DNA of 36,790 nucleotides from Aquificales bacterium. GTDB lineage: Bacteria; Aquificota; Aquificia; Aquificales; QOAS01. Where the stretch lies: contig JALVTI010000081.1 in NCBI GenBank assembly GCA_027035985.1, forward strand, positions 1 to 36,790, written 5' to 3'. The position numbers and the translations under genes were made by a program. Positions 1-9,028 of the stretch are shown piece by piece; the stretch's first letter is position 1; each line of letters opens with the position of its first letter. The notes below the pieces were generated by a model that had not been told where the DNA came from, searched no databases, and saw only the letters and a program-made list of their open reading frames with translations.

Positions 1-2
1 CT

Positions 3-401
3 CAAGAGCTTGGAATGGAAGTTAAAGAGGTAGATGAAGCTTACACTTCTAAAACCTCTCCCTTTGCGGATATTTTCAAAGTTAGGAAGACCAAAAACGC
101 TAAACTCTGCTTAGGGGAAAGGAAAAGGAACATTTTTAGGGATTTTGTAAGCGGAAAAGTTTTTCACTCTGATTTGGTTGGGGCATTAAACATTCTTAGA
201 GTGGGAGCAAAGCTCCTAAAACTTAGTTTCTACAACAGCTTAAAAGTTTTGTTTGTAAAGCTGTGCAATCCGAGAAGGTTTAAGCTAATGGAGTTTTTCT
301 ATAAGGTATCCCCCGAGTCCCTAATAATAGGGATAGGGGGTAGTAGGCAGGCTTTAAAGCCTGCAGGGGTGGACGGAGAAAGGGTTTTTACTATCAACTG
401 A
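3..401 (+). CDS. tnpB: RNA-guided endonuclease TnpB (IS200/IS605/IS607 accessory protein), C-terminal part; gene starts upstream of the window
   Basis: Frame is open from the window edge (QELGMEVKEVDEAYTSKTSP...); typical TnpB motifs DEAYTSK and RuvC-III HSDLVGALNIL; zinc-finger cysteines absent. Confidence 0.88.
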   Translation, partial: QELGMEVKEVDEAYTSKTSPFADIFKVRKTKNAKLCLGERKRNIFRDFVSGKVFHSDLVGALNILRVGAKLLKLSFYNSLKVLFVKLCNPRRFKLMEFFYKVSPESLIIGIGGSRQALKPAGVDGERVFTIN

Positions 402-620
402 AACATTTCTTCAAGTTTTTGCCCTTTCTCCGTTCCTTCTTAGCCGAATTCGACGGACCCCGGAGGAGAAAGGTTATTGTTACCTTGGTGGGAGAATAAT
501 TTTCCTTACCAATCCTATTAGTGGACTTTTTAACCCCACTTTTAAGGAAAGACTTTAAATCTGTAATTTCTACAAAATCACCCATCAGTTTCGGGACATA
601 TAGGGAGGTGAGGGGAGCCT
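310..620 (+). ncRNA. Putative omega-RNA / right-end structured RNA overlapping the tnpB 3' end; boundaries approximate
   Basis: Stems TCCCT/AGGGA (318-333), palindrome GCAGGCTTTAAAGCCTGC (347-364), 12-bp ACGGAGAAAGGG/CCCTTTCTCCGT (373-384/422-433); GGGATAGG..AGTAGG motif shared with the element at 8655-9008; omega-RNAs typically overlap tnpB 3' ends. Confidence 0.5.
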
Positions 621-626
621 TATTTT

Positions 627-752
627 ATTGTTGTTATTTACGCCCGCTATTGGCAGGTATGTTAAGCTTTTAACTTGAAAATTTTTCAACCCTTTCGGGG
701 CGGGCTGTAACCCCCTATCTATGATAGGGGGTTTTTGCCTGCAAAATTTTCT
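627..752 (-). mobile_element. Left end of an IS200/IS605-type element (truncated or interrupted copy of the 8655-9008 family)
   Basis: Reverse complement aligns with 8655-8791; perfect subterminal hairpin AACCCCCTATC-TAT-GATAGGGGGTT (709-733); preceded on the minus strand by TTTAT (757-753) then AGAAAA, as in the other copy. Confidence 0.8.
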
Positions 753-967
753 ATAAAGGTGAATAGCAACAGTTTTAATTTAAATGGATATTCTTTCTCT
801 TTACGTAGCTCCTTTAACTAATTCGTCTAATTTTTTTAATAGACTATGAAGTTAGAGCTTGCGATGTAAAACTAAAGTAGGTTCCGTCTCGGAAAATTTA
901 ATCCTTGCCAACAGGTGCTTTTAATTTTTATTTTTTTATCAAAACCTTAAAGGGGAGGTATGGGAAG

Positions 968-1393
968 ATGCCCTCAAGTGGTGCTTTGGTTGCCTTTAGT
1001 AATGAAAAGAGCATTCTTATCATACTAAAGACTTGTGAAAATGCTAAAAAATTGTTGGAAAATCAAAATGTGAAAGATTTTATCAAGTTCTCTAATGAGT
1101 TATTGGAACATATAGAAAACCCTACAGATATTTTGGACTACTATACCCATGCAAAAATGCTGTATAGGCTTATAAAAGAACGCTTGGGAACAGAAAAAGT
1201 AGGCTTTTACGTATATGATTTAGAAGTTTCCTACCCCATAAGGGGCAATACTCCCGAAGAACTCGAGCAGGCTATTGAAAATGAAGCCATGATAGACAAG
1301 CCTATACTTGCTTACTCCAGATGTTTTGAAGATGTTCCCATACTTCTTATTGCAGATTTGGATTCTTACAAAACCTATGAAGTAAAAAGATAA
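968..1393 (+). CDS. Hypothetical protein (141 aa, AT-rich)
   Basis: Open frame with GGGGAGGT ribosome-binding site upstream of ATG 968; no recognisable family. Confidence 0.7.
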   Translation: MPSSGALVAFSNEKSILIILKTCENAKKLLENQNVKDFIKFSNELLEHIENPTDILDYYTHAKMLYRLIKERLGTEKVGFYVYDLEVSYPIRGNTPEELEQAIENEAMIDKPILAYSRCFEDVPILLIADLDSYKTYEVKR

Positions 1394-1430
1394 CTTTTGT
1401 ACTCCTTTTATTTATTAAATTTTTCTTTCG

Positions 1431-1652
1431 ATGCTCGTTAAGGTTAAGGCTAAACCCCGTTCCAAAAAGGAGGGTGTAAAAAAACTTGCCGAAAACTACT
1501 TCGAGGTGAGGGTTAAACAACCTCCCGAAAAGGGGAGGGCTAACGAGAGAATTGCCGAACTTCTGGCGGAGTATTTTGACATCCCCAAATCCCGCGTGAG
1601 GTTGGTAAGGGGTGAAACCTCGAAGGAGAAAGTTTTCGAAATAGACCTCTAA
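1431..1652 (+). CDS. DUF167 / YggU (UPF0235) family protein
   Basis: VKAKPRSKKE...VRVKQPPEKGRAN...LVRGETSKEK signature. Confidence 0.9.
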   Translation: MLVKVKAKPRSKKEGVKKLAENYFEVRVKQPPEKGRANERIAELLAEYFDIPKSRVRLVRGETSKEKVFEIDL

Positions 1653-1661
1653 GGGGAATGT

Positions 1662-2009
1662 ATGAATAAAGGGAAACCCTTTGAGGACTTGGTCTTTCAA
1701 TTTTTGACCCTTAAGGAGTGCGAAGTTTTGGCGAGAAACTACCGCTCCCGCTATGGGGAGATAGATATCGTCGCCCTCTGCCGCAACAGGCTTTTAATAG
1801 TGGAAGTCAAGGGTTCTTTTAAAAACGAAAACCCCGCTTTGCGGGTGGATTGTACCAAGGTTAGGAGGATTTACAAAACCTATTTAAGGTTTTTATCGGA
1901 GTTTCCCCAGTATAGGGATTTCGAAACCCTATTTCTGGTCGCCTCCGTAAGGGGAAACCAAATCGATTGGAAACCGGTAGAGGTAGGGGATTGTCTGGAT
2001 ACCTTGTGA
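1662..2009 (+). CDS. yraN: YraN (UPF0102) family PD-(D/E)XK nuclease-like protein
   Basis: G..FE, RNYRSRYGEIDIVA, IVEVK motifs. Confidence 0.88.
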   Translation: MNKGKPFEDLVFQFLTLKECEVLARNYRSRYGEIDIVALCRNRLLIVEVKGSFKNENPALRVDCTKVRRIYKTYLRFLSEFPQYRDFETLFLVASVRGNQIDWKPVEVGDCLDTL

Positions 2010-2055
2010 AGGTCTTCGAGGGGTTTCAACCCGCGGGGGTATAATTTGCAAACTT

Positions 2056-3201
2056 ATGAAAATCACCTTGAGCGTTATTAAAGCGGACATAGGCGGTTGG
2101 GTCGGACACTCCTCCACCCATCCCGAGGTTGTAGCCGCGGTTAAGGAGTTTGTAGATACCAAGGTAGCCGACGGAACCCTCATAGACGCCGACATACTCA
2201 CTTGCGGTGACGATATCGCCATCGTCATGACCCACACCCACGGGGTCGACGCCGAGGTAGTCCACAAGCTCGCCTGGGACGCCTTCGAAACCGGAACAGA
2301 GGTTGCCAAAAAGCTCAAGCTCTACGGAGCCGGTCAAGACCTCCTAGCCGAGGCGTTCTCCGGAAATATCAAGGGTTTGGGTCCCGGCGTCGCCGAAATG
2401 GAATTCGAGGAGAGACCCTCCGAGCCGGTTATCGTCTTCTTTGCCGACAAGACCGAACCCGCCGCTTGGAACTTACCCCTCTACGAGATGTTTGCCGACC
2501 CCATGAAGACCGCCGGACTGGTCATAGACCCCAAAATGCACCAAGGTTTCACCTTCGAGGTGCTAGACCTAATAGAGGGTAAAAAGGTTAAGATTTCCTG
2601 CCCCGAGGAGCTTTACGACCTGCTAGCGCTAATCGGAACCACCTCCAGATACGCCGTTAAAGCGGTCTACAGAAACTACGACGGCGAAATAGCGGCTGTA
2701 GCCTCCACCCAAAGGCTCAACTACATCGCCGGTAAATACGTGGGTAAGGACGACCCCGTTCTCATAGTAAGGGCTCAAAGCGGCTTCCCCGCTGTCGGTG
2801 AAATTCTGGAACCCTTCGCAAACCCCTGGATAGTTGCCGGTTGGATGAGGGGTTCCCACAACGGTCCCCTAATGCCCGTATCCTTCGAAGATGCGAGACC
2901 TTCCCGCTTCGACGGACCTCCCAGGGTTATCGGTGCCGGTTATCAAATCGCCGAGGGTAAACTTGTAGGTCCCGCCGATATGTTCTACGACCCCGCCTTC
3001 GATAAGGCTCGCCAAATCGCAAACGAGATGGCTTACATGATGAGGCGTCACGGCGCCTTCGAACCCCACAGGCTTCCCCCCGAAGAGCTCGAATACACCA
3101 CCCTTCCCAAGGTTCTCGAAAAGCTCAAAGACCGTTGGGAGGAGGAAAAGCAGGAGCAACTCTCCGAGGACAAACAGCGCGAACAAGGAGAGGTCGAATA
3201 A
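2056..3201 (+). CDS. fbp: Fructose-1,6-bisphosphate aldolase/phosphatase (FBPase class V)
   Basis: MKITLSVIKADIGG..GH, GAGQDLL, YVGKDDP, GWMRGSH, RFDGPPRV, ELEYTTLP motifs. Confidence 0.97.
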   Translation: MKITLSVIKADIGGWVGHSSTHPEVVAAVKEFVDTKVADGTLIDADILTCGDDIAIVMTHTHGVDAEVVHKLAWDAFETGTEVAKKLKLYGAGQDLLAEAFSGNIKGLGPGVAEMEFEERPSEPVIVFFADKTEPAAWNLPLYEMFADPMKTAGLVIDPKMHQGFTFEVLDLIEGKKVKISCPEELYDLLALIGTTSRYAVKAVYRNYDGEIAAVASTQRLNYIAGKYVGKDDPVLIVRAQSGFPAVGEILEPFANPWIVAGWMRGSHNGPLMPVSFEDARPSRFDGPPRVIGAGYQIAEGKLVGPADMFYDPAFDKARQIANEMAYMMRRHGAFEPHRLPPEELEYTTLPKVLEKLKDRWEEEKQEQLSEDKQREQGEVE

Positions 3202-3213
3202 TTTAAACCACCT

Positions 3214-3252
3214 GTGGGGAAAGATAAATTTTCTCTTTTCCACCTTTTGTTT
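3214..3252 (+). terminator. Possible intrinsic terminator after fbp
   Basis: Imperfect stem GTGGGGAAAGA/TCTTTTCCAC followed by a T-rich tract. Confidence 0.45.
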
Positions 3253-3333
3253 TTCCTCATATCAAATAACCCTTGTAAGTTTCTACCAAAACTTATTTTC
3301 CTTTGGAGGGTAAACTACTAACTTTTTAGAACG

Positions 3334-6315
3334 ATGATTGGTTGGTTAATCAAAAAAATCATAGGTTCAAAAAATGAGAGGGAAATAAAAAAACTCAAAC
3401 CTTTTGTGGAAAAGATAAATTCCCTCGAAGGGGAATTGGATAACCTCTCCAACCTCCAACTCAGGGAGAGGGCTCAAAAACTCTTTGAAAAAATCCGCTC
3501 CTCGGATGAGATAAAAAAGGCTTTCGAAAGGGGTGAGATTACTCCCGAGGTTATAGAGGGATTTGCCCTCGTCCGCGAGGCGGCTAAGAGAACCCTCGGA
3601 ATGCGCCACTTCGACGTTCAGCTCATAGGCGGTTTGGTTCTCCACCAGGGAAAGATAGCGGAGATGAAAACCGGTGAGGGTAAAACCCTGGTAGCGAGCC
3701 TCCCCACAGCGGTAAACGGCTTTACCGATATGGGGGTTCACGTCGTCACGGTAAACGATTACCTGGCTAGAAGGGACGCCCAGTGGATGGGTGCTATCTA
3801 CAAATTCCTCGGACTGGATGTGGGGGTGATAAACTCCGACAACAAAACCTACGTGGTCGAGTGGGTTGACCCCGAGCTCGCCGAGAGGGCTATAAGGGAG
3901 GATTGGAGGGTTTGGCCTAAGGGTTATAGGGGCGAAACCCTTGAGGATACGTCCGTAAACGTCGAGGCTAAAAAGGCTTTCTTTACGCAGCTGGTGGAGG
4001 TTCCCGAGAGAAGGAGAGCTTACGAGGCGCAAATCACCTACGGAACGAACTCCGAATTCGGTTTCGACTACCTGCGCGACAATATGGCGATAGACCTCTC
4101 GCAGGTCGTGCAGGTGAAAAACCACTACTATGCGATTGTGGACGAGGTCGACTCCATACTGATAGACGAGGCGAGAACACCCCTTATAATCTCGGGACCC
4201 GCCGATATTGACCCATCGATATACTTCACCGCCGACCAAGTGGTTAGACAGCTCGAAAGGGATAAGGATTTCGAGATAGACGAAAAGAATAGAACCGCCT
4301 ACCTCACCGAAGAGGGGGTTAAAAAGGTCGAAAAAATCTTGGGAATAGAGAACCTATACGCCCCCGAGCACGCGGAGTTGGTTCACGCAATACTCCAATC
4401 CCTGAGGGCTCACCACATTTTCCAGAAAGAGGTTCACTACATCGTAAGAAACGGGGAGGTTTTAATCGTCGACGAGTTTACCGGTAGGGTCTTGCCGGGA
4501 AGGCGTTGGAGCGACGGACTCCACCAGGCTATAGAGGTCAAGGAAGGTGTAGAGGTAAAACCGGAAAACCAAACCCTCGCCTCCATAACCTATCAGAATT
4601 ACTTCAGGCTCTACAAGAAACTCGCCGGTATGACCGGAACGGCAGAAACCGAAAGCGTCGAATTTAAGGAGATTTACAACCTCGACGTGGTGGTAATACC
4701 CACCAGAAAGCCGGTTGCCCGTATAGACCACCCAGATTTGGTCTTTAAAACAAAGAGAGCCAAGTGGAAGAGGGTGGTCGAGGAGGTTTTAATCAACTAC
4801 CTCATAGGTCGCCCGGTGTTGGTGGGAACGGTCTCCATAGAGGACAACGAACTCCTATCCTCCCTTTTGAAGAATAAAGAGTTAATCAGACAAATAGTTA
4901 ACAGGGAGGATTTCAAGAAACGTTTGGGGGAACTTATAAAGAAACACAACCTATCGGAGGAAGAGGTTAAGAAGAAACTCCAGAGGGTGGTAAACTTCGG
5001 AGTTCCCCACAATGTGCTAAACGCCAAGCATCACGAGCAGGAGGCGCAAATAGTAGCCCAAGCGGGTAGGCTCGGGTCGGTAACCATAGCAACCAATATG
5101 GCGGGTAGGGGAACCGATATCCTCCTCGGAGGAAACCCCGAATATCTGGCTAAAGAGATACTCAAAAAACGCGGTTTCGAAAATCCCGAGGAGGCGCCCG
5201 AAGAGGAGTGGAAGAAAGCCCTTGCGGAGGCTATAGAGCAGACATCCAAGGAAAAGGAAATAGTAAAAAAACTTGGCGGTCTATACGTGATAGGGACGGA
5301 AAGGCACGAAAGCCGTAGGATAGACAACCAGCTAAGGGGTCGTAGCGGAAGGCAGGGCGACCCGGGAGAAACGAGATTTATTATTTCGCTTGAAGATAAT
5401 CTCATCCGACTTTTTGGTGGGGAGCGGGTTCAAAGAATGATGGAAATGCTAAACATCCCTGAAGACGAACCGCTCGAGAGCAAACTCGTTTCCAAGGCTA
5501 TAGAGAACGCTCAAAAGAGGGTCGAAGCCCAAAACTTCCAAATAAGGAAACGTATCCTCGATATGGACGACGTTATGAATGTCCAGAGGAACGTCGTTTA
5601 CAAACTCCGCCGCCAACTCTTGGAGGGTAAAAAATTAAAGGAAACAATTGAGGAGTTTATGGAAGATGTGGCGGACATGCTCGTGAGCCGCTATGCGCCC
5701 GCCGACGAACCGGAGCTTTGGGAGATAGAGAGAAATATCCCCGAAGGGGAGAGGGATAAGAGAGATTACCTCGAGAAGAAATTCCTCGAGCTTACCGGTG
5801 AGAGAATTGAAATTCCCGAAAGCGTCCGCGACAGGGAAGAGCTCAAGAAGTTTCTCGTGGAGAGGATGAAGGAGATTTACCAACGGAAGGAAGAATTCTT
5901 CGGCAAGGGACTCATGAGGGAAATTGAAAAAATGATAACCCTCCAAATACTGGATTTACTCTGGAGGAGACATCTACACCACTTGGATAGGCTTAGGGAG
6001 GGTATATACCTACGCGGTTACGCGATGCGCGACCCGATAACCGAATTCAAAAAAGAAGCCTATCAGATGTTTGAAAATTTCCTAAACGAGTTCAAATATG
6101 GTGTTCTTCAATCCCTGTTCAGGGTAGAATTTGCACCCCAGGAGGAAGTTCAAACCATACCTCCCCATGTTGATGAGTTGAAGGATGAAAATGTAAAGGA
6201 ATCCCAATTAGGGGTTTCTCAAAATATTCCCCCGCAAATGGAGGAGAAAAAACCTAGGGTTCCCCAGCCGAGGAAGCTAAAGGATAGGTTGAAAAACAAA
6301 GGAAGGAATAATTAA
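3334..6315 (+). CDS. secA: Preprotein translocase ATPase SecA
   Basis: MKTGEGKT, IVDEVDSILIDEARTPLIISG, ATNMAGRGTDI, RRIDNQLRGRSGRQGDPG. Confidence 0.99.
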   Translation: MIGWLIKKIIGSKNEREIKKLKPFVEKINSLEGELDNLSNLQLRERAQKLFEKIRSSDEIKKAFERGEITPEVIEGFALVREAAKRTLGMRHFDVQLIGGLVLHQGKIAEMKTGEGKTLVASLPTAVNGFTDMGVHVVTVNDYLARRDAQWMGAIYKFLGLDVGVINSDNKTYVVEWVDPELAERAIREDWRVWPKGYRGETLEDTSVNVEAKKAFFTQLVEVPERRRAYEAQITYGTNSEFGFDYLRDNMAIDLSQVVQVKNHYYAIVDEVDSILIDEARTPLIISGPADIDPSIYFTADQVVRQLERDKDFEIDEKNRTAYLTEEGVKKVEKILGIENLYAPEHAELVHAILQSLRAHHIFQKEVHYIVRNGEVLIVDEFTGRVLPGRRWSDGLHQAIEVKEGVEVKPENQTLASITYQNYFRLYKKLAGMTGTAETESVEFKEIYNLDVVVIPTRKPVARIDHPDLVFKTKRAKWKRVVEEVLINYLIGRPVLVGTVSIEDNELLSSLLKNKELIRQIVNREDFKKRLGELIKKHNLSEEEVKKKLQRVVNFGVPHNVLNAKHHEQEAQIVAQAGRLGSVTIATNMAGRGTDILLGGNPEYLAKEILKKRGFENPEEAPEEEWKKALAEAIEQTSKEKEIVKKLGGLYVIGTERHESRRIDNQLRGRSGRQGDPGETRFIISLEDNLIRLFGGERVQRMMEMLNIPEDEPLESKLVSKAIENAQKRVEAQNFQIRKRILDMDDVMNVQRNVVYKLRRQLLEGKKLKETIEEFMEDVADMLVSRYAPADEPELWEIERNIPEGERDKRDYLEKKFLELTGERIEIPESVRDREELKKFLVERMKEIYQRKEEFFGKGLMREIEKMITLQILDLLWRRHLHHLDRLREGIYLRGYAMRDPITEFKKEAYQMFENFLNEFKYGVLQSLFRVEFAPQEEVQTIPPHVDELKDENVKESQLGVSQNIPPQMEEKKPRVPQPRKLKDRLKNKGRNN

Positions 6316-6379
6316 TACTTCAAACTTTTTAAGGTCAGGGAATATCCCCCTTTTGGGGGACAATCTTTTCCTTTTAGTA

Positions 6380-7693
6380 ATGGAAAAGGCAAGGGTAGCC
6401 GTTATCGGGGGAGGCCTCGCCGGCGTCGAGGCGGCAAACAGACTGGCAAAAGAGGGTTTTAAGGTCGACCTCTACGAGATGCGCCCCAAAAAGATGACTC
6501 CCGCCCACAAAACGGGAAATCTGGCGGAATTGGTTTGCTCCAACTCCCTCGGTGGAAGGGGGATAACGACTGGTAGCGGTCTCCTAAAGGCAGAGATGGA
6601 AAGGCTCGACTCCATCGTCCTCGAGGCGGCTAAGAAAGCCGAGGTTCCCGCCGGCGGGGCGTTGGCGGTCGACCGAAATATCTTCAGCGAATACATCACT
6701 CGCAAATTGGATGAAAACCCGAATATCAACCTTATAAGGGAGGAGGTAAAGCAGATACCCTTAGAGGATTACGACGTTGTAATAGTCGCTTCGGGACCTC
6801 TCACCTCCGAAGCGCTGACGGAAGATATAAGGAAAAAGCTGGGAGCGGATTACCTCTACTTTTACGACGCCATAGCCCCCATAGTGGATGCCGAAACGGT
6901 CGATTTCTCCAAAGGTTGGTGGGGAAGCCGCTACAACAAGGGGGGTGCCGATTACTTCAACTGTCCCCTAACAAAGGAAGAATACGAAAAATTTGTTGAG
7001 GAACTACTAAAGGCGGAAAAGGTAATTCCCAAAGACTTCGAGGGTGCCTGTTACTTCGAGGGTTGCATGCCTATAGAGGTGATGGCGGAAAGGGGTAAGG
7101 ACACCCTCCGGTATGGACCGATGAAACCGGTCGGTCTTATCGACCCTCAAACCGGTAAAGAGCCTTACGCCGTCGTTCAACTCCGCAAGGAAAACAAAGA
7201 GGGAACCCTCCTATCCCTCGTTGGGTTTCAGACGAAACTCACCTACCCCGAACAGAAGAGGGTTTTCAGACTGATACCCTGTTTGAGGAACGCCAAATTC
7301 ATCCGTTTGGGGTCTATTCACAGAAACACCTTCCTTCAAAGCAACAAACTCCTAAAACCGACCCTGCAGAGTAGGAAGTATCCCAACCTCCTCTTTGCGG
7401 GGCAGATTACCGGCGTTGAGGGGTATGTAGCCTCCGCCGCAACGGGCATTTTGGCGGGTATAAACGCCGCAAGGCTTCTAAGGGGTGAAGAACCCCTAAC
7501 CTTCCCCAAGGAAACCATGCTGGGGGCTTTGGTAGACTACATAACCTCCAAAGAGGGGGAACTTCAACCGATGAACCCCGTTTTCGGACTACTCCCACCC
7601 CTCCCCAAAAGGGTAAAAAACAAAAAACTCCGCAAGGAGTTGATGGCAAAGAGGTCTTTGGAGACCCTCGAGAGGTTTATAGCGAAAAAATAA
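6380..7693 (+). CDS. trmFO: Folate/FAD-dependent tRNA m5U54 methyltransferase TrmFO
   Basis: VIGGGLAG, LAELVCSNS, YFYDAIAPIV, FAGQITGVEGY; ATG 6380 preferred over the TTG extension. Confidence 0.97.
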   Translation: MEKARVAVIGGGLAGVEAANRLAKEGFKVDLYEMRPKKMTPAHKTGNLAELVCSNSLGGRGITTGSGLLKAEMERLDSIVLEAAKKAEVPAGGALAVDRNIFSEYITRKLDENPNINLIREEVKQIPLEDYDVVIVASGPLTSEALTEDIRKKLGADYLYFYDAIAPIVDAETVDFSKGWWGSRYNKGGADYFNCPLTKEEYEKFVEELLKAEKVIPKDFEGACYFEGCMPIEVMAERGKDTLRYGPMKPVGLIDPQTGKEPYAVVQLRKENKEGTLLSLVGFQTKLTYPEQKRVFRLIPCLRNAKFIRLGSIHRNTFLQSNKLLKPTLQSRKYPNLLFAGQITGVEGYVASAATGILAGINAARLLRGEEPLTFPKETMLGALVDYITSKEGELQPMNPVFGLLPPLPKRVKNKKLRKELMAKRSLETLERFIAKK

Positions 7694-7706
7694 ATAACTA
7701 ACGGCA

Positions 7707-8656
7707 ATGTATGAAAAATTCTTTAAAAGTATATTTATAACCTTAGTTACTTTAACTTTATTGGAAAATTATTATGTATTACCCTTTCTAAAAAAGCTTT
7801 ATCAGGAATTAGTAGAATTTTTAAAGTTTTTCCTTCAATGGAAAAGAAGATATCTCCTTTACTTCTCAATAATAATTTTAGCTATACATTTAGTATATAA
7901 ATAATTTTAGGTTGGCTTAACGAATCCATTTCTTTTGCCTTAACATTAGATATCCTTTGGGCTTTTATTTATGCCTGCTTCGGCGATTTGAATTCTGGTT
8001 TTTGGAAAATTGTAGCATCTAGTATAATTTTCTAGTATAATTTTTGCGCTTATTGCAGAATTTTCCTATTTTAAGAAAGAGAGATCCAAAGGTCTTGTCT
8101 TAAAAATTATGAGTTTAATCTATTTTGGAGCGTCCATTTTACTAATAGTAATTATATCTTTTTAGCCTACATAGCTCGTACTATGTTTTTTATAAGGATT
8201 TTCCTTTACAAAACACCATATATATGTCTATCTTTTCTATTTTAAAGAACTTTTTTAATTAATAGTAATCATCTGGTTTATGCTTATAAAACTGATAAAA
8301 AAGATATTCTTTTATTAGTAGGAGCGAAAATCTATAAATTCTCCAACATTGCTAAATATTTAAGTAAAGAAAACAAAGAAGTACTATGTATGGCTTTAAA
8401 AACGAATTATCCTGAAGACTTTTATTGGATTATAGTTAAAGAAAGTTTTGAGAAAAAAACGTTTAAAAATACAAAAAATAAAAAATCTAATAATATGGGT
8501 AATAATACACTTTCTCCTAAACAACCAGTAGTTATTTATACAATACCTGTTTTCTTCTTACTTAGGATTTCATATCCCGTAGATTACATTACTAACTTTC
8601 AGCTTTCCCCACTAGATGAAAAAGTTTTACAAAAAATACACAAAACAACTTTATAG
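7707..8656 (+). pseudogene. Frameshifted AT-rich multi-pass membrane protein gene remnant
   Basis: Consecutive hydrophobic reading-frame fragments in shifting frames; 13-bp tandem duplication TCTAGTATAATTT at 8018-8043 creates a stop; last fragment runs into the IS junction. Confidence 0.6.
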
Positions 8657-9008
8657 AAAAAATAGCGGGCTAAAACCCCGTATCTATGATGTGGGAATAC
8701 AGCCTGTCCCGAAAGGGGTGAAAAATTGAAGTTCTGTTTTAAAATTTAAAGCTTAACATATCCGCTTATAGCGGGCGTAAATAACAACAATCAGCCCGCT
8801 ATACCAACAGCTAAAGGCGGGTATGTAGGTGTAGTGCGTTAACCCCCGCTTACGCGGGGTGCTATTGTAAAAGTAGCTCCGCTATTCCGCTATATAGCGG
8901 GATAGGTAGGAGTAGGGGGAGTGTGAACCTCCCTGTGGTGGTAAGACACTCCATATCGGGAGTGTAAACCCACCCGAAGCCTCGCATCTTTGATGCGAGG
9001 TAGTTCAC
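8655..9008 (+). mobile_element. Non-autonomous IS200/IS605-family element (MITE/PATE-like, 354 bp, no ORF)
   Basis: TTTAT target motif at 8650-8654; left hairpin ~8676-8695; right hairpin CCTCGCATC-TTT-GATGCGAGG (8980-9000) then TAGTTCAC end; left part homologous to 627-752. Confidence 0.85.
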
Positions 9009-9028
9009 CCTTATAAAATTCGCTTGTA
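8757..9028 (+). ncRNA. Putative orphan TnpB omega-RNA (scaffold to 9008, guide from the flank 9009-~9028)
   Basis: Dense nested stems (8767-8776/8794-8803 perfect 10 bp; 8757-8765/8817-8825; 8844-8859; ~8946-8965; 8980-9000) ending at TCAC. Confidence 0.55.

Noticed and set aside
317-334. GTCCCTAATAATAGGGAT in tnpB resembles the CRISPR repeat hairpin; 589-606 also shares GGGACATA
   Set aside because: Short matches without the ATTGAAAC handle; the equivalent stem in the 8655 element has a different sequence, so it is a generic scaffold hairpin
394-585. 63-aa minus-strand ORF downstream of tnpB
   Set aside because: No recognisable motif or RBS; it lies over hairpin-rich DNA better explained as transposon end or RNA
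3334-6315. Insertions in SecA as possible inteins
   Set aside because: About 50 aa each with no Cys/Ser...His-Asn splice motifs; consistent with lineage-specific indels
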